The notes under the pieces: model-generated | Seen by the model: only the letters and a program-made list of their open reading frames with translations | The model's database searches: none | What the model was told of the DNA's origin: nothing | Part shown: positions 9,700 through 18,459 of the stretch, piece by piece | Position numbering within the stretch: position 1 is the first letter of the stretch | Layout: every line of letters starts with the position of its first letter | Assembly (NCBI RefSeq): GCF_012571795.1 | Contig: NZ_CP046222.1 | Location: 90,819 to 122,818, forward strand | Direction of reading: 5' to 3' | Length of the DNA: 32,000 nucleotides | Origin: Candidatus Saccharimonadota bacterium | Lineage (GTDB): Bacteria > Pseudomonadota > Gammaproteobacteria > Enterobacterales > Enterobacteriaceae | Translations under genes and position numbers: made by a program

Positions 9700-10776
9700 A
9701 TGGATTATTTTATTCTTAAAAAATTAAAAATTTTATATAATAAATATAAAAATATTGAACAAAAACTGACAATAAATACGTCATCTAATGATATTGAAAA
9801 TATTAAATATCTTTCAACAGAATATGCAAAATTATCTCATATAATTACATTATTTTCAAAATGGAAAAAATTAAAAATAGAATTAGAGAATAATACATTA
9901 TTATTACAAGATAAAGAAATGCATGATATTGCTTTAGAAGATATTAATAATATACATATTGTAAAAAATGATATAGAAAATCAAATTAAGATTCTTGTAT
10001 TACCTCAACTACATAATAAAAAAGATAATCGTAATTGTTTTTTAGAAATTAGATCAGGTTCAGGAGGTAAAGAATCTGCTATATTTGTTAGTGAAATTTC
10101 TAGAATGTATATTAGATATGCAGAATCTAAAAAATGGAAAATAGATATTATACATATTCATTATTGTGAATATGGCGGTTATAAAGAAATTATTTTGAAA
10201 ATTATTGGTAAAAATGTATATGGTAAATTAAAGTTTGAATCTGGAGGACATAGAGTACAAAGAGTACCAGAAACAGAATCTCAAGGGCGTATACATACTT
10301 CTACTTGTATTATTGCTGTTATGCCTGAATTATTAAAAAAAGAAATGCCTGTTATTAATCCGCAAGATTTAAAAATTGATACATTTAGATCTTCTGGAGC
10401 TGGTGGACAACATGTTAATACAACAGATTCAGCAATAAGAATTACACATTTACCAACAGGTATAGTAGTAGAATGTCAAGATGAAAGATCACAACATAAA
10501 AATAAAGCAAAAGCTTTATCAGTATTAGCTTCTAGAATTAATGCCATTAAAATAGCTAAACAAAATAAAAATAAAGCGCATAAAAAGAAAATGTTATTAG
10601 GTACAGGAGAACGTTCAGATAGAATTAGAACATATAATTTTATTCAAAAAAGAGTAACAGATCATCGTATTAATTTAACTATTTATAAATTATCTGAAAT
10701 AATGAATGGCAAACTTGATATTTTAATTAATCCTATAATAAAAAAATATTATGATAATATTACTCAATCAATATAA
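9700..10776 (+). CDS. prfA: peptide chain release factor 1
   Basis: The 358-aa ORF has the GGQ motif (SGAGGQHVNTTDSA). The RF1-type codon-recognition tripeptide context is RVPETESQGRIHTS. Confidence 0.96.
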   Translation: MDYFILKKLKILYNKYKNIEQKLTINTSSNDIENIKYLSTEYAKLSHIITLFSKWKKLKIELENNTLLLQDKEMHDIALEDINNIHIVKNDIENQIKILVLPQLHNKKDNRNCFLEIRSGSGGKESAIFVSEISRMYIRYAESKKWKIDIIHIHYCEYGGYKEIILKIIGKNVYGKLKFESGGHRVQRVPETESQGRIHTSTCIIAVMPELLKKEMPVINPQDLKIDTFRSSGAGGQHVNTTDSAIRITHLPTGIVVECQDERSQHKNKAKALSVLASRINAIKIAKQNKNKAHKKKMLLGTGERSDRIRTYNFIQKRVTDHRINLTIYKLSEIMNGKLDILINPIIKKYYDNITQSI

Positions 10777-10785
10777 AAATTATTT

Positions 10786-11637
10786 ATGATTATTGCAGAA
10801 TGGTTAAAAGATGCTAGTAATTTTTTACAAAAAAATAATATTAAAAACCCGCAATTAGAAGCAATAATTATTTTATCTTTTTTTTTAAAAAAGTCTAAAA
10901 CATGGATTTATGGTTTTAATAATAAAAAAATTAGTTTATATCAGATAAAAAAATTAAAAATATTATTAAAAAGAAGGGCAAATAAAGAACCTATAGCTTA
11001 TATATTAGGTTATCGTGAGTTTTGGTCATTAAATTTATATATTACACCTGCTGTATTAATACCTAGAAAAGAAACAGAAATCTTAGTACTAAATACATTA
11101 CAAAAGATATCTTATAAAACAAAAAATATACTAGATTTAGGTACTGGTAGTGGTGCTATAGCTTTAGCTATTGCTAAAGAACATAAGTATTTAAATATTA
11201 CAGCAATAGACTTATCTATAAAAGCAATAAAAATTGCTAAATATAATTCATATAGATTAAATCTATACAATATAAATTTTATACATAGTAATTGGTTTGA
11301 TCAATTATATAATCAAAAATTTGATATTATTGTAAGTAATCCACCTTATATAAGTAATAAAGAATATTTGTTTTTATATAAATATTTAAGATATGAACCT
11401 TATAAATCTCTTGTAACAAAACAAAAAGGTTTATACGATTTAAAATATATAATTATTAAATCTGCAAATTATTTATATAATTTTGGATGGTTAATACTAG
11501 AACATGCACCACATCAAATATTATATCTAAGAAAATTTTTAAAAAAAAATCATTTTTATAATATACATTCATATATGGATTTAAACCAACAATTTCGCGT
11601 AATTTGTGCACAGAAAATTTTTAATAAAAATCATTAA
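10786..11637 (+). CDS. prmC: release factor glutamine N5-methyltransferase
   Basis: The 283-aa ORF has the SAM-binding motif LDLGTGSGAIAL and the catalytic NPPY (VSNPPYI). The conserved prfA-prmC pairing is present. Confidence 0.93.
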   Translation: MIIAEWLKDASNFLQKNNIKNPQLEAIIILSFFLKKSKTWIYGFNNKKISLYQIKKLKILLKRRANKEPIAYILGYREFWSLNLYITPAVLIPRKETEILVLNTLQKISYKTKNILDLGTGSGAIALAIAKEHKYLNITAIDLSIKAIKIAKYNSYRLNLYNINFIHSNWFDQLYNQKFDIIVSNPPYISNKEYLFLYKYLRYEPYKSLVTKQKGLYDLKYIIIKSANYLYNFGWLILEHAPHQILYLRKFLKKNHFYNIHSYMDLNQQFRVICAQKIFNKNH

Positions 11638-11742
11638 AGTTTAATTATTTATTAAAACTTTAATAATTTATTTATAGATATTTTATATTATAAATTATAA
11701 AATAATATTTTATTTTTATATAAAACAATATAAAAGAAAAAT

Positions 11743-12987
11743 ATGCAACATTATAATAATAAAACTAATAATTCACAAAAATTATTGGCTAGAGATCATA
11801 GAATCATTGGCAAACAATTAGATTTATATCATTTTCAAGATGAAGCTCCTGGAATGGTTTTTTGGCATCATAATGGTTATATTATTTTAAAAGAAATAAA
11901 AAAATTTTTAAGAATTAAATTAATAGAATTTAAATATCAAGAAGTTAAAACTCCAATTATTACAGACAGTATTATTTGGAAACATACAGGTCATTGGAAA
12001 ATTTATAAAGATGCTATTTTTATAACAGCATCTGAAAATAGAAAATATTGTATTAAACCTATGAATTGTCCAGGACATATTCAAATTTTTAAACAAAAAC
12101 GTAATTCATATAAAGATTTACCTATAAGATTAGCAGAATTTGGTATTTGTCATCGTAATGAACCATCAGGATCATTACATGGTTTAATGAGATTACGTAA
12201 TTTTACTCAAGATGACGCACATATATTTTGTACTATTAAACAAGTAGCTCATGAAATAGAAAATTGTATACAAATGATGTATAATATATATCATACATTT
12301 GGATTTAAAAAATTTGTAGTTAAATTATCTACTAGACCAAATAATCGTATTGGAAATGATGATGTTTGGGATTATACAGAAAATATTTTAGAAGAAATTT
12401 TACATAAATTAGGTATTATATTTCAATATCAATCTGGCGAAGGTGCTTTTTATGGTCCTAAAATAGAATTTTCGTTTTTTGATTGTTTAAATAGAGAATG
12501 GCAATGTGGGACAATACAATTAGATTTTACATTACCTAAAAATTTAAATATATTTTATATTGATAATAATAATCAACATCAAACCCCTATCATTATTCAT
12601 CGTGCTATTTTAGGATCTTTAGAACGTTTTATTGGAATTATTATTGAAGAATATTCTGGATATTTACCTATTTGGTTAGCACCATTACAAATAATTATAA
12701 TTAATATTAGTGAAAAACATACTGATTATGTTATAAAAGTTTTTAATTTAATTAAAAAACATAATATAAGAGTACAAACTGACGTAACAAATCAAAAAAT
12801 ATCATTTAAAATTAGACAATATACTATTTTACATATACCCTATATTCTAATATGTGGTGATAAAGAAATACAAAATAATATGGTTACAGTAAGAGATACT
12901 TTTGGTAAAAATTTGGGAATTATGAAAATTCATGATATTATTAATAGAGTAAAAACAGAAATTAATAATTATCATATTTGTTATTAG
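11743..12987 (+). CDS. thrS: threonyl-tRNA synthetase, catalytic core plus anticodon-binding domain only (N-terminal TGS/editing module absent)
   Basis: The 414-aa ORF aligns from RDHRIIGKQLDLYHFQDEAPGMVFWH to the C-terminus with roughly the last 410 residues of 642-aa E. coli ThrRS. Zinc-ligand contexts MNCPGH, QDDAHIF and IHRAILGS are present. Only 105 nt of stop-rich spacer lies upstream. Confidence 0.9.
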   Translation: MQHYNNKTNNSQKLLARDHRIIGKQLDLYHFQDEAPGMVFWHHNGYIILKEIKKFLRIKLIEFKYQEVKTPIITDSIIWKHTGHWKIYKDAIFITASENRKYCIKPMNCPGHIQIFKQKRNSYKDLPIRLAEFGICHRNEPSGSLHGLMRLRNFTQDDAHIFCTIKQVAHEIENCIQMMYNIYHTFGFKKFVVKLSTRPNNRIGNDDVWDYTENILEEILHKLGIIFQYQSGEGAFYGPKIEFSFFDCLNREWQCGTIQLDFTLPKNLNIFYIDNNNQHQTPIIIHRAILGSLERFIGIIIEEYSGYLPIWLAPLQIIIINISEKHTDYVIKVFNLIKKHNIRVQTDVTNQKISFKIRQYTILHIPYILICGDKEIQNNMVTVRDTFGKNLGIMKIHDIINRVKTEINNYHICY

Positions 12988-12998
12988 GAGAATAGGAT

Positions 12999-13544
12999 AT
13001 TAAAATTGGAAAAAAAACACTACAATTAATGCATCCTAATAAAATTAATAATGAAATTAGGAGCAAAAGTGTAAGACTAATAGGATTAAAAGGTGAACAG
13101 ATAGGAATTATAAAATTACAAGATGCTTTAATACAAGCAAAAAGTATCGGTTTTGATTTAGTAGAAATTAGTCCTAATTCTGTTCCTCCTGTATGTCGTA
13201 TTATGAATTATGGAAAATTTTTATATGCTAAAAATAAAACTTTAAAAGAACAAAAAAAAAAACAAAAAATTATACATTTAAAAGAAGTAAAATTTAGACC
13301 CAGTACTGATATAGGAGATTATCAAGTTAAGATTCGTAGTCTTATACGTTTTTTAAAACAAGGTGATAAATTAAAAGTAACTCTTAGATTTAGAGGTAGA
13401 GAAATGATGCATATTAATATTGGTTTAAATATGTTGCATCGTATAAAAAATGATTTACAAAACTTAGCTATAGTAGAATCATTTCCTTCTAAAATTGAAG
13501 GAAGACAAATGATTATGATCTTAATACCTAAAAAAAAAAATTAG
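12999..13544 (+). CDS. infC: translation initiation factor IF-3, probable AUU start
   Basis: The ORF track gives an ATG at 13029 (171 aa). The frame stays open back to a TAG at 12993-12995. An in-frame ATT at 12999 lies 8 nt after an AGGAG (12986-12990). Starting there yields (M)[20 protein letters not shown], which parallels E. coli [20 protein letters not shown], and gives 181 aa against 180 in E. coli. A second ATT lies at 13005. Confidence 0.8.
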   Translation: MKIGKKTLQLMHPNKINNEIRSKSVRLIGLKGEQIGIIKLQDALIQAKSIGFDLVEISPNSVPPVCRIMNYGKFLYAKNKTLKEQKKKQKIIHLKEVKFRPSTDIGDYQVKIRSLIRFLKQGDKLKVTLRFRGREMMHINIGLNMLHRIKNDLQNLAIVESFPSKIEGRQMIMILIPKKKN

Positions 13545-13614
13545 TAATATTAATTATGTATATTAAAATAAATATTTATATATTATGATTTTTTATATAT
13601 GGATAAAATTTTAT

Positions 13615-13812
13615 ATGTTAAAAATGAAAACTGTACGTAGTTTTTCTAAAAGATTTAAAAAAACAGGAACTGGACGTTATAAGCATAAACAAGCTAATTT
13701 AAGACATTTGTTAACTAAAAAAACTTCTAAAAATAAACGTTCATTAAGACATAAAAAAATTGTTAATAAAGGAGACACATATTCTTTAAAAACATGTTTG
13801 CCATATTTATAA
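13615..13812 (+). CDS. rpmI: 50S ribosomal protein L35
   Basis: Starting at the internal ATG at 13615 gives a 65-aa protein, [18 protein letters not shown]..., matching E. coli L35 (65 aa, MPKIKTVRGAAKRFKKTG). The 10 extra N-terminal codons in the ORF track (from 13585) have no counterpart. Confidence 0.92.
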   Translation: MLKMKTVRSFSKRFKKTGTGRYKHKQANLRHLLTKKTSKNKRSLRHKKIVNKGDTYSLKTCLPYL

Positions 13813-13855
13813 ACTAAATATTTAGAATATTACCATAAATAGAGGATTTATTTTT

Positions 13856-14224
13856 ATGACTCGCATTAAAAGAGGTATTACTGCACGTGCAAAACATAAG
13901 AAAACCTTAAAAAAAGCAAAAGGTTATTATGGTGCAAGATCACGTACATATAGATCAGCTAATCAAGCTGTTATTAAAGCAGGACAATATGCTTATAGAG
14001 ACCGTCGTCAACGTAAAAGAAAATTTCGTCAATTATGGATTACAAAGATTAATGCAGCTACTCGTAAAACAAATATTTCTTATAGTTGTTTTATCAATGC
14101 TTTAAAAAAATCTAATATTATAATTAATAGAAAAATTTTATCTGAAATAGCTGTTACACATCCAGAAAATTTTACCTATTTATTAAAAGATACTTTAAAA
14201 ATTAATTCTTCATTAAATCATTAA
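13856..14224 (+). CDS. rplT: 50S ribosomal protein L20
   Basis: The 122-aa ORF begins [16 protein letters not shown] and contains [20 protein letters not shown], matching E. coli L20. A GAGGA Shine-Dalgarno lies upstream. Confidence 0.96.
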   Translation: MTRIKRGITARAKHKKTLKKAKGYYGARSRTYRSANQAVIKAGQYAYRDRRQRKRKFRQLWITKINAATRKTNISYSCFINALKKSNIIINRKILSEIAVTHPENFTYLLKDTLKINSSLNH

Positions 14225-14301
14225 TAAATATTACTTTTTATAATAAATATATTTTGTATATAAAATTTAATATTTATCTTTTAAAAAAGATATTTTATAA
14301 A

Positions 14302-15309
14302 ATGTTATCTAATAATATAATTTCTATTATAGAAAAAAATATTAATTTAATTACTAATTTACATGATCTAAATTTATTAAAAAATCAATATTTAGGTAAA
14401 AATGGTTATATTAGTAAACAATTTAAGAAATTAAAAAATCATAATCTAGAAGATAAAATTAAAAAAAGTATTATTTTACATAAATACAAAAAAATAATTA
14501 CTAAAATATTTATAGAATATAAAAAAAAACTAGAAAATATAGATATAAATCAAAAACTGACTAAACAAAGTATTGATATAACATTACCTGGAAGAATAAA
14601 TAGATTAGGTTCTATACATCCTATTAATAATATTATTAATAAAATTAAGTATTTTTTTATAAAATTAGGTTTTCAACATATTTGTGGTCCTGAAATAGAA
14701 AATAATTATTATAATTTTGATGCATTAAATATTGAATCATATCATTCTATTAGAACACAAAAAGATACATTTTGGATTAATAATGATATTTTATTAAGGA
14801 CACAAACTTCTAATATACAAATTAGAATTATGAATATGATACCACCGCCAATTCGTATATTAACGTTTGGTAAAGTATATCGTCATGATTATGATAATAC
14901 GCATACCCCAATGTTTCATCAAATGGAAGGATTATATATAAATAATAATGTAAATTTTACAGATTTAAAAAATATTTTATTGAACTTTGTACAATATTTT
15001 TTTAACAAAAAAATAAAAGTAAGATTTAGACCTTCATATTTTCCATTTACTGAACCTTCTCTCGAAGTAGACATAATGAATAATAAAAATAAATGGATAG
15101 AAATTCTAGGGGCAGGATTAGTTCATCCAAATGTATTAAAAAATGTTAATATTGATGCTAACACATATACTGGTTATGCGTTTGGCATTGGAATAGAAAG
15201 ATTAACCATGTTATATTATAATTTACAAGATATTCGTGTGCTTTTTGAAAATGATATACGTTTTTTACAACAATTTAATTATATAACATATAAATATGAT
15301 AAAGTTTAG
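14302..15309 (+). CDS. pheS: phenylalanyl-tRNA synthetase alpha subunit
   Basis: Class II motifs are present: FRPSYFPFTEPS and GYAFGIGIERL. The ORF track begins at a TTG (14254). The ATG at 14302 (MLSNNIISIIEKN, 335 aa) fits the E. coli length (327 aa) better. The 3' end overlaps pheT by 14 nt. Confidence 0.92.
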   Translation: MLSNNIISIIEKNINLITNLHDLNLLKNQYLGKNGYISKQFKKLKNHNLEDKIKKSIILHKYKKIITKIFIEYKKKLENIDINQKLTKQSIDITLPGRINRLGSIHPINNIINKIKYFFIKLGFQHICGPEIENNYYNFDALNIESYHSIRTQKDTFWINNDILLRTQTSNIQIRIMNMIPPPIRILTFGKVYRHDYDNTHTPMFHQMEGLYINNNVNFTDLKNILLNFVQYFFNKKIKVRFRPSYFPFTEPSLEVDIMNNKNKWIEILGAGLVHPNVLKNVNIDANTYTGYAFGIGIERLTMLYYNLQDIRVLFENDIRFLQQFNYITYKYDKV

Positions 15310-17761
15310 TGAATTATGGTTGCGTAAATGGATTATATGTAATAAAAAATTACAATTTTTAACTGATACATTAACCATGACAGGTTTTGAATTAGAAAAT
15401 ATAGAATATTTATATAAAAAAAATATAGATAATATAATAGTTGGGGAAATACTCAATATTAATATATCTGATTATAATAATAATATTTATGATATAATTA
15501 TTGATATAAAGCATAGCAAACTTAAAGTTTTATCATGTTATAATATTAATTATATAAAAAATATGAAAGTTATTATAGCAACCAAACAATCTTCTCTATA
15601 TAAAAAATTAGTTCAAATACCAAAATATAATTTTTTATTATATTCTGAAGGAATATTATGTAATAAAGAAATATTACCATTAGATTATGTAACAAATTAT
15701 AATAAAAATTATAAAATATATTTACCTAATACGGCTATAAATGGAAATGATGCTAATAGTTTTTTAAAATTTCCAGATAAAGTAATAAGTATTAATATAC
15801 CTTATAATCGTCATGATTGTTCTCATATCATGGGATTAGCAAGAGATTTGTCTTCTAACAATAATATTAATTTTCAAATCCCATATGATTTTATTTTTAA
15901 TAAAACCCCAAAAATTAATAATATACATATAAAATTAAATAAATTACAGTTAAAACAATATTTATATAATTATAAATATTGTTTTATTAAAAATTTAAAT
16001 TTAAAAAATAAACTTCCTGGATGGTTAATAGAAAAATTATTAATATCAGGAATATCTATTATTAATAATAATCCTTTATTAAATATTAGTAATTATATAT
16101 TACTTGAATTAGGATATCCTATTCATTTTTATGATTTTAATAAAATTACAGGTAATATTTATATCCAAAAAAATCGTATTCCATGTAAAGTTATCACACA
16201 TGCACAACAAGAAATTAATATATATGAAAATATTATTACTGTTTGTGATGAACAAAAAATATTATCTGCATTAGGATTAATGCAAAATTATGATGTTCTT
16301 ACAAATTTAAAAACAACTAATATTTTTATAGAATGTATGTGTTTCAATACAAAATATATACAAATTCTTTCACAAAAATATTATAATTTTACTAATTTTA
16401 CTAATTTATATATAAAAGGCTTAGATCCATATTTTCAACAAAAAGTTATGATTAGAACAATAAATCTAATTACTAAAATTTTTGGTGGACAAATATATAA
16501 TATTAATTCTATCAATATTAATAATATTATTTATAAAAATAAAATTATTAAATTAATTTATAGTAAAATATTTAAATTATTAGGATTTAATATACCTATT
16601 AAAGAAATTCATAATATTTTAAAAAAAATACATATCAAAATTTTTAAAAAAAATATTGACTATTGTGATATTCAAATTCCTAGTTGGCGTTTTGATATTA
16701 ATAATATAGAAGATATTATAGAAGATATTATACGTATATATGGATATAATAAAATACCTAACAAATTAATTAAATTACCCATTAATCATCATCAAATTAA
16801 AAAAAAACAATTAATGGCAATTTTTATAAACTTATATCATTCTATTAATATTAATAATATGAAAAACATATTAATTAATAGAGGATATTATGAAGTTATT
16901 AATTATAGTTTTATTAATTATAAAATGCTATCAATGTTTTCCATAAAAAATAATTTTATTAAAATAATTAATCCAATATCTAAAGATATGTCTGTAATGC
17001 GTGATTCTTTATTTTATGGATTAATTAATAATATTTTATATAATCAAAATAGACAACAAAAAAATTTACGTTTATTTGAATATGGTATATGTTTTAATAT
17101 TAATAATAAACCAATATTATTAGAAAATATTATTCAACAATATTTTTTTAGTGGTATAGTTAATGGTAATATTTTAGATAATAATTGGAGTTTACAAAAT
17201 AGAAAAATAGATTTTTATGATGTAAAAGGTGATATAGAATGTATTTTAAATCAATATAATAATATAAAATTTAAAAAAAATAATACTATATTTTTTTTAC
17301 ATCCACATCAAAGTGCATCTATTTATTTAAATAATATTAATATTGGATATATGGGAGTTGTACATCCTAAAATAATACAATTTTTAAATATAAAACATGA
17401 TACGATTTTTTTTGAATTATTTTGTAATAAAATTAATAATACACATCAAACTAAAATAGATAATATTTCTAATTTACCTATTAATAGACGTGAAATATCT
17501 TTTATAATAAATAAAAATATTTTATATGATGAAATTATTCAATCATTAAAAAACATGAATATAAAAGAAGTTATAAATATAAAATTATTTGATGTATATG
17601 AAGGACAAAATATTCCTACAGGATATAAAAATATAACATTAAGTTTAATTATACAACATATGCAATATACATTAAATGATGATAAAATCAATGGTATTAT
17701 ACAACAATATGTACAATATCTAAAAAATAAATTTAATATAATATTACGTGATCAATATTAA
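15296..17761 (+). CDS. pheT: phenylalanyl-tRNA synthetase beta subunit
   Basis: The 821-aa ORF has the N-terminus MIKFSELWLRKW, matching E. coli MKFSELWLREW. It is full length relative to E. coli (795 aa) but highly diverged and AT-biased internally. Confidence 0.92.
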   Translation: MIKFSELWLRKWIICNKKLQFLTDTLTMTGFELENIEYLYKKNIDNIIVGEILNINISDYNNNIYDIIIDIKHSKLKVLSCYNINYIKNMKVIIATKQSSLYKKLVQIPKYNFLLYSEGILCNKEILPLDYVTNYNKNYKIYLPNTAINGNDANSFLKFPDKVISINIPYNRHDCSHIMGLARDLSSNNNINFQIPYDFIFNKTPKINNIHIKLNKLQLKQYLYNYKYCFIKNLNLKNKLPGWLIEKLLISGISIINNNPLLNISNYILLELGYPIHFYDFNKITGNIYIQKNRIPCKVITHAQQEINIYENIITVCDEQKILSALGLMQNYDVLTNLKTTNIFIECMCFNTKYIQILSQKYYNFTNFTNLYIKGLDPYFQQKVMIRTINLITKIFGGQIYNINSININNIIYKNKIIKLIYSKIFKLLGFNIPIKEIHNILKKIHIKIFKKNIDYCDIQIPSWRFDINNIEDIIEDIIRIYGYNKIPNKLIKLPINHHQIKKKQLMAIFINLYHSININNMKNILINRGYYEVINYSFINYKMLSMFSIKNNFIKIINPISKDMSVMRDSLFYGLINNILYNQNRQQKNLRLFEYGICFNINNKPILLENIIQQYFFSGIVNGNILDNNWSLQNRKIDFYDVKGDIECILNQYNNIKFKKNNTIFFLHPHQSASIYLNNINIGYMGVVHPKIIQFLNIKHDTIFFELFCNKINNTHQTKIDNISNLPINRREISFIINKNILYDEIIQSLKNMNIKEVINIKLFDVYEGQNIPTGYKNITLSLIIQHMQYTLNDDKINGIIQQYVQYLKNKFNIILRDQY

Positions 17762-17819
17762 TATATATTTTTATAAATAATATTTTTGTAAGATTATTTT
17801 AAATTAAGGATTTAAATAT

Positions 17820-18437
17820 ATGTTTAGTGGCATCATTCAATGTATAGGAAAAATTATAAATATAATTACAAAAAAAAACATAATTACTATTTTTGTACAA
17901 ACACCTAAAGATTTTACTTTAGATCTTAAAATAGGTGATTCAATTTCTAATAATGGCTGTTGTTTGACTATAATAAATATAATAAATAATATAATAATAT
18001 TTAATATAATTAAACATACCTTATCTATTACAACTTTTAAAAATATTAAAATTGGTGAATTATTAAATTTAGAAAAACCATTAAAAATTAATGAATATAT
18101 TGGTAGCCATATTATTTTAGGACATATTACAAATATAGCTTTAATCACTAAAATTGTTAATTATACAAATTATATTACATTATGGATGAAACCTTATCAC
18201 ATTAAATATATGAAATTTATTATAGAAAAAGGTTCTATTTGTATAGATGGTATAGGACTAACTATAGATAAAGTATTAAGTAATCAATTTAGTGTAAATA
18301 TAATTCCTATTACTTTATATAAAACTACATTACGCACCAAACACGTTAATCATAATGTTAATATTGAAATTGATATATATACTAAAATTATAGTTAATAA
18401 AATAGAAAAAATTTCAAAATATTTTAATATAAATTAA
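17820..18437 (+). CDS. ribE: riboflavin synthase (alpha chain)
   Basis: The 205-aa ORF starts MFSGIIQ and has the duplicated lumazine-binding repeat (NGCCLT; IDGIGLT; VNIEID), as in E. coli RibE (formerly RibC). An AAGGA Shine-Dalgarno lies upstream. Confidence 0.9.
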   Translation: MFSGIIQCIGKIINIITKKNIITIFVQTPKDFTLDLKIGDSISNNGCCLTIINIINNIIIFNIIKHTLSITTFKNIKIGELLNLEKPLKINEYIGSHIILGHITNIALITKIVNYTNYITLWMKPYHIKYMKFIIEKGSICIDGIGLTIDKVLSNQFSVNIIPITLYKTTLRTKHVNHNVNIEIDIYTKIIVNKIEKISKYFNIN

Positions 18438-18459
18438 ATGTATAAAATAAGAGAATAAA

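Noticed and set aside
11638-11742. Imperfect A-T hairpin AGTTTAAT-tattt-ATTAAAACT just after the prmC stop, considered as a terminator or as a remnant of the thrS operator.
   Set aside because: The stem is bulged and A-T-only, with no anticodon-loop mimic (no CGU/UGU-containing loop as in the E. coli operator). It is indistinguishable from background self-complementarity in this composition.
13585-13614. N-terminal extensions offered by the ORF track for rpmI (from 13585), pheS (TTG at 14254) and hslU (ATG at 25795).
   Set aside because: The extensions have no counterpart in the E. coli orthologues. Internal ATGs reproduce the conserved N-termini and lengths (L35 65 aa; PheS MLSNN...; Hsl[11 protein letters not shown]).
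16385-16407. In-frame 9-bp tandem duplication AATTTTACT x2.5 in pheT, giving NFTNFTN.
   Set aside because: It is a trivial replication-slippage microduplication in a poorly conserved part of the protein, with no sign of functional significance.
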